Shown one piece after another: positions 26,925 through 39,890 of a DNA stretch of 64,000 nucleotides (position 1 is the first letter of the stretch; every line of letters begins with the position of its first letter). The notes below the pieces were generated by a model that was given only the letters and a program-made list of their open reading frames with translations, made no database searches and was not told the DNA's origin. Location: the NCBI GenBank assembly GCA_951406725.2, contig OX597816.1:9858001-9922000 (forward strand), read 5' to 3'. Position numbers and translations under genes: made by a program. The DNA is from Octopus vulgaris. Lineage: Eukaryota.

Positions 26925-27283
26925 CATATTAGGGAGTATAACTCCAAATTCACAGGGAAAAATTCAGTTTTGTATCAAATCAAATTCCACAATATAAATA
27001 TATAATATATATAAATTAGAGAAAAACCACTATTATGTAATTCAAACAATGATAGACATAAACCAAATCATAAAGAAAAAAGAAAATATATTATAAAACA
27101 TATAATTATATCATAAAAAGTATAAAAATGAATAAACAATATATTACTTATTACTTATTATTTTTATACTTTTTGTGATATAATTATATGTTTTATAATA
27201 TATTTTATTTTTCTTTATGATTTGGTTTATGTCTATCATTGTTAGAATTGCATAATAGTGGTTTTTCTCTAATTTATATATAT
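26925..27283. mobile_element. AT-rich fold-back element between (TAA)n and (TA)n
   Basis: Inverted arms at about 27005-27129 and 27160-27283, plus a ~80-bp one-sided tail. Confidence 0.65.
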
Positions 27284-27343
27284 ATATACATACATATATA
27301 TATATATATATAATACATATGCATATAATATATATATATATAA

Positions 27344-29125
27344 TCATCATCATCATCATCATCGTTTAACGTCCGCTTTCCATGCTAGCATGGGTTGGAC
27401 GGTTCAACTGGGGTCTGGGAAGCCCGAAGGCTGCACCAGGCCAGTCAGATGTGGCAGTGTTTCTACAGCTGGATGCCCTTCCTAACGCCAACCACTCCGA
27501 GAGTGTAGTGGGTGATTTTATGTGCCACCGACACAGGTGCCAGACGAGGCTGGCAGACGGCCACGCTCGGATGGTGTTTTTTATGTGCCACCGACACAGG
27601 TGCCAGACGAGGCTGGCAGACGGCCACGCTCGGATGGTGTTTTCTTATGTGTCACCGACACAGGTGCCAGACGAGGCTGGCGGACGGCCACGCTCGGATG
27701 GTGTTTGTTACGTGCCCTCAGCACGGAGGCCAGTCATTGCGGTACTGGCTACGGTCACGTTCGGATGGTTTTCTTATGTGCCACCGGCACTTTTACCACA
27801 AGGATACAAATTCCATTGATGTTCATCTATTTTGATTTGGTTCGATTTGATTCGATACGATTCGATTCTCACTTGCCTCAACAGGTCTTCACAAGTGTCA
27901 CAAGAAGGAAGGTATGCACAGGTGGACTGACTACGTCCCAGGTAGGGGCCACGGATTATGGCTTCACTAGTCTTGCCGGGTCTTCTCACGCACAGCATAC
28001 TTCCATAGGTCTCGGTCTCTAGTCATTTCCATGGTGAGACCTAACGTCTGAAGGTCGTGCTTCACCACCTCGTCCCAGGTTTTCCTGGGTCTACCTCTTC
28101 CACGGGTTCCCTCAACTGCTAGGGATTGGCACTTTCTCACACACCTATCTTCATCCATTCTCGCCACATGACCATACCAGCGCAATCGTCTCTCTTGCAC
28201 ACAACAACTGATGCTTCTTAGGTACAACATTTCTCTCAAGGTACTAACGCTCTGTCGAGTAAGTACACTGACATTACACATCCATCGGAGCATACTGGCT
28301 TCGTTCCTCACGAGCTTACGCATGTCCTCAGCAGTCACGGCCCATGTTTCACTGCCATGTAGCATAGCTGTTCGTACACATGCATCATACAGTCTGCCTT
28401 TTACTCTGAGCGAGAGGCCTTTAGTCACCAGCAGAGGTAAGAGCTCCCTAAACTTTGCCCAGGCTATTCTTATTCTAGCAGTTACACTTTCAGCGCACCC
28501 ACCCCCACTACTGACTTGGTCACCTAGATAGCGGAAGCTATCAACTACTTCTAGTTTTTCCCCCGGAAAGTGACAGAAGTTGTTTTCTGCAGATTTTCGG
28601 AGGTCAATGCTCCAGAGCACCTGCCACATACAAAAACTATCTTCCCAGTTAGCCTACCTTTGACATTGCTGCACCTCTTATGTGTCCATAGCTTACACTG
28701 GGTACATCTTATAGAGTTTCTACCTACACCTTTTCTACAGATCGAGCAGGGCCATCTTCCTGAGGATATTTGTGGGTTTTCTACCTTTCTACTTATTAGT
28801 ACTTTGGTTTTAGCTAGGTTGACTCTAAGGCCCCTCGATTCTAAACCCTCCTTCCACACCTAGAACTTCTCCTCCAGTTCTGATAGTGACTCAGCGATTA
28901 GAGCGAGGTCGTCAGCATAGAGGAGCTCCCAGGGGCAACCTGTCTTGAATTCCTCCGTTATTGCCTGGAGGACTATGATAAATAGGAGGGGGCTGAGTAC
29001 TGAACCCTGGTGGACCCCAACCTCTACTTTGAATTCTTCTGTGTACATGTTGCCAACTCTAACCTTACTTACGGCATCTCTGTACATGGCTTGCACAGCC
29101 CTCACCAGCCATTCATCTATCCCTA
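27344..29125 (-). mobile_element. 5'-truncated RTE LINE, second copy
   Basis: Same family as 17185-21076, with a ~620-bp 3' UTR. TA-rich microsatellite on both sides. Confidence 0.95.
27967..29125 (-). pseudogene. Disrupted RTE reverse transcriptase
   Basis: Same RT motifs. In-frame TAG at 28860-28862 (CAG in copy 1) and a frameshift near 28560. Confidence 0.92.
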
Positions 29126-29144
29126 ATATATATATAATATATAT

Positions 29145-29214
<70 letters not shown>

Positions 29215-30020
29215 GTACACACAGTCTATTAGATGATGAGAGAGATGATATATATATGTAAACATGCATACACACATAAAGGGCTTCTTTTAGTTTCCAT
29301 CTCCCTTATCTACTCATGAGTCTTTAGCCAACCAGGAGCTATAGTAGAGGACCTCAGAATGACATGGTTAGTAAGCAAACTACTTACCCACAAGACCTCA
29401 CCTGTGCCTATAAATCTAGTTCTTTATTCAGAAGATTACTGCTCCATCTTTTTCCTTCTGTCTTCCGATATCCACTTGCTATCAAGTTACATATCAACAC
29501 ACCTTCGTTTTAATCCTGCCAATCTTTCCATTCAGCAACAGCAAAGTGAAACAACGAGAAAGCTGCTTAACACAGGTAATGTCTATCTCAGTCAAGAATT
29601 AATTGTTGCAGTCTGTGTACCCAAGCTTCTTACGACGCAAGAAATCATGCTCCGGCATAATGTAATCAAGTCAGTGATTTTTATTTGACTCCAAGAAACA
29701 AGTCATATTCAAATTTCACAGTAATGGCACGATATTGATACAATCATTATTATTCTGCTTAGATGCTAGGAAAGTGATATCCAACATAGAACCATGAAAA
29801 AATCAACATGGTGTTAATGTTTGTGTTAGTGTTTCCAAAGTTATTTTAATTTTGCTCAACAAAATGGTTATGTGATTATTTTAAGCTTTAACATTATTGC
29901 TGTATTTTGATAATGTTTGACTGGTAATTTTGTAGTTATAACAAAGTCAGTTGACATCGGTTGGCGTTCTAAGGAAAACCATGATGTGTTTTCTTCAGTT
30001 TTGTTTCATATGTAAACAAT

Positions 30021-30430
30021 ATAGGTACAGGAGTGGCTGTGTAGTAAGTAGCTTGCTTACCAACCACATGGTTCCAGGTTCAGTCCCACTGTGTGGCACC
30101 TTGGGCAAGTGTCTTCTACTATAGTCTTGGGCCGACCAAAGTGGATTTGGTAGACAGAAACTGAAAGAAGCTCATCGTATATATGTTTACATATATATGT
30201 ATGTGTGTGTGTGTGTGTGTGTGTTTGTATGTCTGTGCTTGCCCCTCCAGCATCGCTTGACAACTGACGCTGGTGTGTTTACGTCCCTGTAACTTAGTGG
30301 TTTGGCAAAAAGAAACCGATAGACTAAGTATTAGGCTTACAAAGAATAAGCTCTAGGATCGATTTGCTCGACTAAAGGCGGTGCTCCAGCATGGCCACAG
30401 TCAAATGACTGAAACAGGTAAAAGAATAAA
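30021..30430 (+). mobile_element. SINE family B, full length
   Basis: AGGAGTGGCTGTGTAGTAAG head through to GACTGAAACAGGTAAAAGAATA. Confidence 0.9.
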
Positions 30431-31464
30431 CGAATACTATATTAACACACATACATATATTCATATGTATGGGAAGCACTTATGTTTTATGAGAACATGA
30501 CTATGTGTCAGTATTATATTTAATAAAATTTTTTTACACCTCATTTGGAACCAATTTCTTAAGGGTTTCAGTTTCCCCTTCAGGATAGGAAATGTATTAG
30601 ACTTATATAGGGGTATATAATCCCTAGTGTTTACCACAAGCAACACTTCTACAAATATCGGCTATTTGAAAATTGAAAACTAGGAAGCTTTTCCTTGTTA
30701 CCACTTAATTGCCGGACAGCAGAATCAATCAGCACATTTCTGTTTTTTATTTTGGTTTTACAGAGTTCTGAGGAATCATTTTCAGCATGCACTGTAAAAG
30801 AAATCCTACCATAGCACATGGAAATTAATCAATACTTGCTGACATGGTTACGACATTATGCAAAATTGGTTATATTAAATATTGATGAAACAATTGTAAA
30901 TGAAATATTAAAATGATTTGCAAACTCCATTCTTTGATATTTATCATTATATATACAGCAATAGGGACAAAAACTGGATTGTTATAGTGGAACATTTATG
31001 GCTTTGGAAGTTATAGTAGCATATCAGAAGGTTGCTCCAATGGTAGAGAGCATAACTAGATGTTTTACATAAACTGGTTTGATAAAATCTTGGATTTGGC
31101 TCAATCCACTTGACTACTGTGACTAGCTCCTAGGCTACCAATTTGCCCTGAAGAAGAATGTATATATTGTGAATCCAGAAATAAAATATTTATGTTGTTG
31201 AAGATATTTGGAAGTCTTGGCTTTTCCTTCGATTAATAATTTAATGTATGGGATGAGAGCTGCACTCTTCCAGTGTTAAGGACCTTTCATCCTGTTACAG
31301 AACCATCTAAAGGACTCCCACTGCATTTTCAAATTCTTTTTTCTATATTTTGATCTATGTGCAATAAAATAACTGTTTTATTCTTCTAAGCTTTTATTTT
31401 TTTACTTGCTTGTGTCATTTGACTGCAGCCATGCTGTATATACATAACCATTTTGTATCTAATG

Positions 31465-31822
31465 GAATCGTGGCCGATGCCAGCGCCGCCTCGACTGGCT
31501 TCCGTGTCAGTGGCACGTAAAAAGCACCATCCAAATCGTGGCCGAAGCCAGTGCCGCCTCGACTGGCTTCCGTGCTGGTGGCACGTAAAATGCACCAATC
31601 CGACCGTGGCCGATGCCAGCCTCGCCTGGCACCAGTGCAGGTGGCACGTAAAAAGCACCCACTACACTCACAGAGTGGTTGGCGTTAGGAAGGGCATCCA
31701 GCTGTAGAAACATTGCCAGATAAGACCGGAGCCTGGTGCAGCCTTCTGGCTTCCCAGATCCCCGGTCAAACCGTCCAACCCATGCTAGCATGGAGAACGG
31801 ACGTTAAACGATGATGATGATG
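31465..31822 (+). mobile_element. RTE 3'-tail copy
   Basis: Three ~64-nt modules, the terminal sequence and (GAT)n. Confidence 0.88.
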
Positions 31823-32984
31823 GTACTGGTAGCAACTTGGAAACAAGTGTTTAGTGTTAAAGATCTTCAAATTAACATTCCTGCCTGAGCACCAAGCTGT
31901 GTTAATGGTGATCGATTTATGAGTTAAGTTCACAATTTCACTGTGTTTTGTTATCGTGACTATTTTTGCCTTACATACATCTCTAATTACTTTAATAAAT
32001 TCATGAACATCACTTTCTCATTTTTACTCCACTCTTTATAATAAATCTGAGGTCATATGCTTCAATAACAAATCAACACTGCGTGACTACCTTTATTAAT
32101 GCATGACTGATTTTAGCAGCTTAGACAGGTGTTCATTGAAGAATATGGGTGAGCAGTTATTGATAATTCTGATGTAGCAATACAGAATAAGACAGTAAAA
32201 GTGCAAATAAAAGACGGGTCTGGTCTTTGCAACAGTGTGGTCTATTAATACTTATAGGAACAGAAACCTGAATAACGATGTAGGCGGATGATATGGTGAT
32301 AGCAAATTAACAGCTCTTGCAGCTGCCTTGCGTGTCTATATTGTCCATAAATGATAGATCTAAAGCAGTATTTCTCAAACTTTTATGTCCTGTGCCCCAC
32401 TTTGATTTTCTAAAAGATACATACATCTACCATGAACAGATTTAGTGTATACACACATGCACATGTGAGCACGCATGTATACACATAAAAACACACACAC
32501 ACAGAGGCATGGTTGTGTGGTTATGATGTATACTTCCCAACCACATGGTTTCAGGTTCTATCCCACTGTGTGATACCTCAAACAAGTGTCTTCTATTATA
32601 ACCCCAGGTTGACCAAAACATTGTCAGTGGATTTCATACACAGAAACTGAAAGAAGCCCTACTCTATTCATTGTTTCTGTCTGTGGTCTTCTTTGTCATT
32701 TGTATGCTGTTGTCCTTCACTTTTAGTCCTTGTCTGTCCATCATGTCGGTGATATTTCTTGTATCACTAGTGCAACCAGAAGGGGGAATATTATGGAATT
32801 TAGTCTTCAAACTTTAAAGATGCTGAAACTATGATAATTCTGATCTCTATGGCTAACTAGAGGATTTATGTGTTTATTTCCCCACTGGCAAGGCATGCAC
32901 ACCACCTTGAGAAAGACTGATCTAATAGTATGTGTTCCTAATTTGGTAAGAGTGGAGTTCGTTGAAAAGAGGATTCGAATATAT

Positions 32985-33392
32985 TGAATAACTATGATCC
33001 GCTGGATGTGCAATGTCAGTGTCCATGCACGACAGTGTAAACACCCTGAGAGAAATGCTGGACATAAGAAGCATCGGATACAGTGTGCAGGAGAGACGTT
33101 TGTGTTGGTATGGTCATGTACTACAGATAGATGTCCGTGTCGGTGACTTGTAAAAGCACCAACTGATTGTGGCAGTTTGCCATCCTCCTCTGGCCCCTGT
33201 GCCAGTGGCACGCAAAAAGCACCCACTACACTCAGAGTGGTTGGCATTAGGGAGGGCATCCAGCTGTAGAAACACTGCCAGATCAGACTGGAGCCTGGTG
33301 CAGCCTCCTGGTTTCCCAGACCCTGGTTGAACCGTCCAACCCATGCTAGCATGGGAAACAGATGTTAAACAATGATGATGATGATGATAATG
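32985..33392 (+). mobile_element. RTE fragment with internal deletion
   Basis: Encodes RWMCNVSVH...LREMLDIRSIGYSVQERRLCWYGHV, then jumps directly to the 3'-tail modules. Confidence 0.8.
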
Positions 33393-34761
33393 AAGTTCCT
33401 TTGAGTTCTGACATGAAAAGTTTTGTTCACAAAAATTTTGTCTACATCTAACATACAATCTTTCAATAAAATTATTTGAAATCTGTTATTAATTCCTTGG
33501 TTGTGAACCTGTCTGATATTAATATATTAATATATTAGTATAAAGTCTATATTAGTATATTCCGGCAAGTGTACTTTTTTGGGCTGCCTTTTAATAATTT
33601 AAATATGCTTCAAGAATTATTTTGGGAAAGAATGAATTTCTCCTACTTGCTTGGCACTTCTAGCTATTCACATTCTTATGTGACCACAATCTTTACATTC
33701 ATTTTACCAACTTCATAAATGCTTTATTTGTAACCAAAATTTAGTATTACCAACTACCTTATTGCATATTACTAGAATATGTAGCTTAGATATATTATCC
33801 AGCCACAATTTGGTGATTTACTATTAATTGTTACTAAGTCTCTTGTAGTACCATTAGTTACTAATGGTAGTTATAGATTCTGTGACATTTTCTGTTGTTC
33901 TGTTGGCATTTATTAGTTTAATCATTGGAGGATGTACTGCAGATGTGCTAAGTTATTAATCGTTATATGCAATGTGTGCTGTTCTGAATGGAACTCAAAT
34001 TGGTTGAGACAGATTCAGGAAATAAAAGCAGACTTGATGATTATATTATTGTTAATGGGTTTTTTATTCTAGTAATTTTGCTTCAACATTCGCTACATTT
34101 ACTCTTTACATACATCTAACCTCCTCCTCCTCCTCATCATCATTATCATCATCTTCATTGTTTAACATCCCTTTACCATGCTGGCATGGTTTGGGCAGGG
34201 AGCTATCCAGATTCCCAATTGTCTGTTACGACATGGTTTCTACAGCCGGATGCCCTTCCTAACACCAACTGTCTTTTGCTAGATATCTTTTACTTTCACC
34301 TTCTTTAGTTATGTTGCCTTGAGGGTGCATTCTGGCACCTTGTCACCACCATCTTTATCTCTCTTTCTGGCACCAATCCAGCCATTCTCATCCACCCATG
34401 TAAAATGTGAGGTAGCCATAAATTGCCTCCACAGCATTAAACCTCTTCTTGTTTCACACCTCAACATCACCTTAAACTCCTCAACATCTCAAATACAGCA
34501 ACCACCCTACTTCCCATCCTTCTTCTCATTCAAAGCAACCTCACCACTAGTACCGGTGCCAAGACTAAAATACCTAGGACTCTCTGTAAAGTGGTTGCTA
34601 TTAGGAAGGGCATCCAGCCTTGGAAATCATGCTGGAGGAACACATAATCCATTTAACTCGCTTCCTTTATTTTGGCACTCAGGCCACTAACACAGAGGGG
34701 ACACTATAAGGACACAACACCACAGTGGGGACAATAAACATAAAACGAATGACTATGAATA

Positions 34762-35134
34762 TTTACTCTTTTCAGTCATTTGACTGCGGCCATGCTGGAG
34801 CACCACCTTTAATCGAGCAACTCAACCCGGGACTTATTCTTTGTAAGCCCAGTACTTATTCTATTGGTCTCTTTTGCCGAACCGCTAAGTGACAGGGACG
34901 TAAACACACCAGCATCGGTTGTCAGGCAATGCTAGGGGAACACACACGCACATATATATATACATATATACGACGGGCTTCTTTCAGTTTCCGTCTACCA
35001 AATCCACTCACAAGGCTTTGGTCGGCCCGAGACTATAGTAGAAGACACTTGCCCAAGGTGCCACACAGTGGGACTGAACCCGGAACCATGTGATTGGTAA
35101 GCAAGCTACTTACCACACAGCCACTCCTGCGCCT
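34762..35134 (-). mobile_element. SINE family B
   Basis: Close match to 42826 and 44642. Confidence 0.9.
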
Positions 35135-36084
35135 ATTTATATAATAATGAAAGATGGAATGGCTGCATGGGCCCCACTCCTCATGCAGTACCATTTGAAC
35201 GTTTGTACACACAGTCTTGTCACTCTATCTGATATTTTTTTTCCTTTCCTTAATTATCGTTTTTTTTACTTCAAAAACTTTTACTTTTCTTTTTTTTTTC
35301 CTTTTTAAAAAAAAAAACAAAGTAATATTACCTTTATTTTTCCTCTTTTAACGTCTCATATACGGCTCCAGTTCTAACAAATCAATTACTGGTGGCAGCT
35401 CATTGAACTCCACCAATGCTCCGGCCGGGTCAATTCTATCCCCGCACATGTCTCTAAGTTTCTTATAGGTTTCCCTATCGACCACCCACAATGGCCTTCA
35501 CACTAACTGTTAGATCCCGTTGAACCATCCATCTGATGTCAGCACACCTAGAAAGCTAATGCATCTGATGATGATGACGATGCTGCTACTACTGTGTTTT
35601 TCTTTGAATATCATTTTTTCGTATGTGTTGGTCATCTGGAGACTTTGAAACTCGCTGCTATTTACCAGTGAAACATTCATTAATCGTACACTGCCACTAT
35701 TTGCCCTGCAGCAGAGAATTAACCATTCTCTCCCACCCCTTCCTCTGTAATCCCCATTCTAGCCTGAAGGAAGGGTTAATTGCCTTTCTGCTTGTTTTCT
35801 CATGATATCCAACACCACAAGAAAGTAGAGTCATGTATATTGAACGTTGTTGCTTTAGTTGTTGTTATTGTTGTCACTTTTGGGGGGTTTTTTTTTGTAG
35901 CCATGTAGCATTTGTGTTTTGTCAAGCATCCTTTGATGTCCATCTTCCATGCCGGCATGCGTTGGACAGTTTGACAGGCTCTGATGCAATGGTGGGATGC
36001 ATTTTGCTCCAATGTTTACTTTGACACGGTTTCTATGGCAGGATGTTCTTCCTCATGCCATTCTTTTTACAAAGTGTTGCTTGT

Positions 36085-36381
36085 TCTTGCTTATTCCTTC
36101 TTGAGTCACGCCTGGCTCATAAGGACCGGTTTCCTTGGTGTATAGGTTCCCCACCTGGATGGGACGCTGGTCCATCACAGGTGAGCTGCAAGATGCAGGA
36201 GGAATGAGTGAGAGAAAGTTGTGGCGAAAGAGTCAACAGAAGTTCGCCATTACTTTCTGCCGAAGCCGCGTGGAGCTTAGGTGTTTCACTCATAAACATA
36301 CACATCGCCTGGTCTGAGATTCGAACCCACAATCCCTTGACCACGAGTCTGATGCTCTAACCACCAGGCCATGTGCCTCCA
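36085..36381 (-). mobile_element. tRNA-derived SINE (family D head, different 3' part)
   Basis: Head TGGCCTGGTGGTTAGAGCATCAGACTC...GGTTCGAATCTCAGACCAGG resembles 23868-24150. The 3' part has CCTGTGATGGACCAGCGTCCCATCCAGG. Confidence 0.75.
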
Positions 36382-37542
36382 CTTTTACAAAGTGTACTGG
36401 GAGTTTAATTTATTTCCTCTTTAGCACCAGTACTTGCACTTGTGAGGGTTCCTTCACGCCTTGCAAGGCTAAGGGCCTAAAAGTGGTCCCTGTAACTGAA
36501 GGGGAAAGAACTGCATGGATAAGGATTCTAAGCAAGGTAGAGAGATGAGAGATGAAATATAAGAGGAGAGAATGGGGAGGAGCATGGTAGAAAACAACGG
36601 AGGGAGAACGATTAGTGATAGGAATTACTGGGAAAAGGGGAGAGGTTGGGTTGAAAGATGAGTTGCATAAATAGGGTTTCTACGGATGCTTACAAAGAAA
36701 CAACCAATCCATTATTTTTCCTTTGGTATGCAAATATAAGATGTTCAGTGCTTCAGGTGACGTTGAACTTCCTCAGGCCAATGGTATTCCAGGCATGATT
36801 TTGCCATCTCCCTTGTGTGGTACACCATCCTGATATTTGAGGCTGAATCAGACATGATTGTCATTTTAAGTATTGTTGGGAGTTTCGTTTTAAGGGAGTG
36901 AGATTTTGACATTGATTGCTATACCGAGTAGATTGCTGTTTGGCCGATCAAGTTGAATCTACAATCAAATACATTTCAAACCTTCCAGGTTTTCCTTTTG
37001 GCGGCAGCAGTGGTGGTGATGGGTGTATCTAGGATTACATTAATGTACTGTTTATTTTCCCAAGCTGTCAAAGAATTTTCTTTTTATTATTTAAGGAGCA
37101 GAATGCTGCCTGCTGTGCAACCATTTGGAATTTTACCCAGCACCATTAACTGCGATTTCAAATCTTGATGCAAGGCCAGCAACTTTGGGGGAGGGGTGAG
37201 TTAATTACATTGATCCCAGTGCTCAACTGAGGCTTATTTTATCGACCCTAAAAGGATGGAATGCAAAGTTGACCCTGGTGCAAGTTAAACCCAGAACACA
37301 AAGATAGATGCAATGTCTGGTGTGCTAATGATTCTGCCCTCTCGCTGCCCTCCCAGTACTTTTGATATTGATCCCTATATTGAACAAGTTGTTGTTGAAG
37401 CCCATGTTTGCACTGATTAAGCAGTTATAATCAAAGGTCTTCCAACCATGACCATACTTTCTTTGCTTCATGCATAGACAACCACAAACTACTTTATTTA
37501 ATGGGTTCTTTATTTATTTATGTTTTTGTTGAAATAATATGG

Positions 37543-38103
37543 TAGGCACAGGCATGGCTGCATGGTTAGGAAATCTGCTTCTCAACCACATGGTTCTGGG
37601 TTCAGTCCCACTGTGTGGCACCTAGGGCAAGTGTATTCTGCTATAGCCTTTGGCTGAACAAAGCCTTGTGACTGAATTTGGTAGGCAGAAGTTACCGTTG
37701 TCTGGTGTGGCTGTGAGGTAAGAAGCTTGCTTCCAAACTACATGGTTCTGGGTTACGTCCCATGGCAGGGCACCTTGGATGAGTGTTTTCAGCTATAGCC
37801 TTCGGCCAACCAAGGTCTTGTGAGTGGATTTGGTAGACAGAAACTGAAAGAAGCTTGTTGTGTATATGTGTGTGTGTGTGTGAGAGAGAGAGAGAGCGAG
37901 AGAGAGTATATATGTGTTTGTGTGTCTGTATTTGTGTCCTTCACATTTGCTTGACAACCAGTGAAGGTGTGTTTATGTCCTCATAACATAAGCATTTGGC
38001 AAGAGAGACCTTTAGAATAAGTCCTGGGGTCAATTTGTTCGACTGAAGGTGGTGCTCCAGCATGGCCAGTCAAATGATTGAAACAAGTAAAAGAATAAAA
38101 GAA
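37543..38103 (+). mobile_element. SINE family B with duplicated head
   Basis: Two TGGCTG...CATGGTTCTGGGTT heads (about 37543 and 37705) precede one 3' half. Confidence 0.8.
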
Positions 38104-38213
38104 TTATATGCGTGTGTGTGTGTGTGTGTGAAAGTGCTGGGTACAGTGTAGTCTAAGGGAAATTTTGGCTACTATTTACGACAAATCAGGCAAGTGCATA
38201 CATGCTCCTTGGT

Positions 38214-38635
38214 GGCAGCGAGCTGGCAGAAACGTCAGCACGCTGGGTGAAATGCTTAGCAGTATTTCGTCTGCTGCTACGTTCTGAGTTCAAATTCCGC
38301 CTAGGTCGACTTTGCCTTTCATCCTTTCAGGGTCGATAAATTAAGTACCAGTTACACACTGGGGTCGATGTAATCGACTTAATCCGTTTGTCTATCCTTG
38401 TTTGTCCTCTCTGTGTTTAGCCCCTTGTGGGTAGTAAAGAAATAGGTATTTCGTCTGCCATTACATTGTGAGTTCAAATTCCGCCGAGGTTGACTTTGCC
38501 TTTCATCCTTTCGGGGGTTGATAAATTAAGTACCAGTTACGCACTGGAGTCGATGTAATCGACTTAATCCCTTTGTCTGACCTTGTTTGTCCACTCTATG
38601 TTTAGCCCCTTGGTGGGGTAGTAAAGAAATAGGTA
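38214..38635 (+). mobile_element. SINE family A with tandem duplication of its body
   Basis: The GTATTTCGTCTGC...GTAAAGAAATAGGTA unit is repeated head to tail. Confidence 0.88.
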
Positions 38636-38769
38636 TGTTTGTATTGAGCAGGTTGAGAAACTATGTATGAGCCCCCCCACCCCCCACTAAACTAGATCTA
38701 ATGATAGCTTTAGTTGAGTACAGATGTTGTTGTAGTAAGAGAAGGGAATGAAAGTGAAACTGAAAGTGG

Positions 38770-38800
<31 letters not shown>

Positions 38801-39139
38801 ACGGTGAGGAATGGAATAAGTTGCAAGAGTCAAAGCGAAATAGTAGCAACAGAAATCTGTAAACACTGCAATACGCAAAATAGTAAAATGTGTGTGAAGA
38901 ATGCATACACGCACAAATATTTATGACATAATAACATACATGGAAACATACACGTGCATGCATATGCACACACACGCACACAAACATGCATGCATAAAAC
39001 ACATATTTATACTTATTTTACACACAATCATGAAGATAGATTATTAGAAGCTTGCTTGAGCATGATAGCAAGGTGTTTAGTACGGTATAAAATATTGGAG
39101 TATGGTGATTGAAAGAAGAGAACAGTGTCAACATAGAGG

Positions 39140-39890
39140 AATGAAGGGGAGAGGGAGAGGGTTGATGAAACGAATACAAGTATATGAGAGAGAGAGAGAG
39201 AATGTGTGCGAGAGAGATGTAGTGAGAGAGATAGAGAGAGACAGATAAGCAGGTGATGTGGGGAGAGGTATGGAATATTAAAGAACTAGAGAAACAAAGA
39301 GAGAAGTGATGAGAATGTCGAATGAAAGAGAGGGGAAGAGAGTGAGAGGAGGAGGAAGAGCAGGGAGCGTATGGAAATATATACAATCAGAGAGAGGGAA
39401 AGAGATGTGGTAAGCAAGAGGTAGAGAGAGAGAGAGAGAGAGAGCGAGAGAGGGAGGGAGAGAGAGAGAGAAGTATGAGTAGGTGATATTAGAAGAGGTA
39501 TGGAATGGTTTTAAACAAATAGAGAAATGGAGAGAGAAATTGAGAGAGAGAGAAGGAGAGAAAGGAGAGAGTGAGAGAGAGCGAGATGCAGGCAGACAGA
39601 TATATAGAAATATCAATAAAGAGACAGAGGGAGAGAGAAATATAGTAAAGAGGGAGAGAGAGAGAAATATAGTAAAGAAGAGAGAGAGAGAAATATAGTA
39701 AAGAGAGAGAGAGAGAGAAATATAGTAAAGAGAGAGAGAGAGAGAGAGAGAGAAATATAGAGATACAATCAGAGAGAGAGAGAGAGAGAAAGGCAAGAAG
39801 TGTTGTTGCATTATGAAGGATAAAAGAGAGAACGCTGACAACTTGGAAAGAGATGGACAAAGAGAAAGAGAGAGAGAACAAGAGGATAAA
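39140..39890. repeat. Polypurine (GA-rich) low-complexity tract with GAGAGAAATATAGTAAAG repeats
   Basis: Direct reading. Confidence 0.85.
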
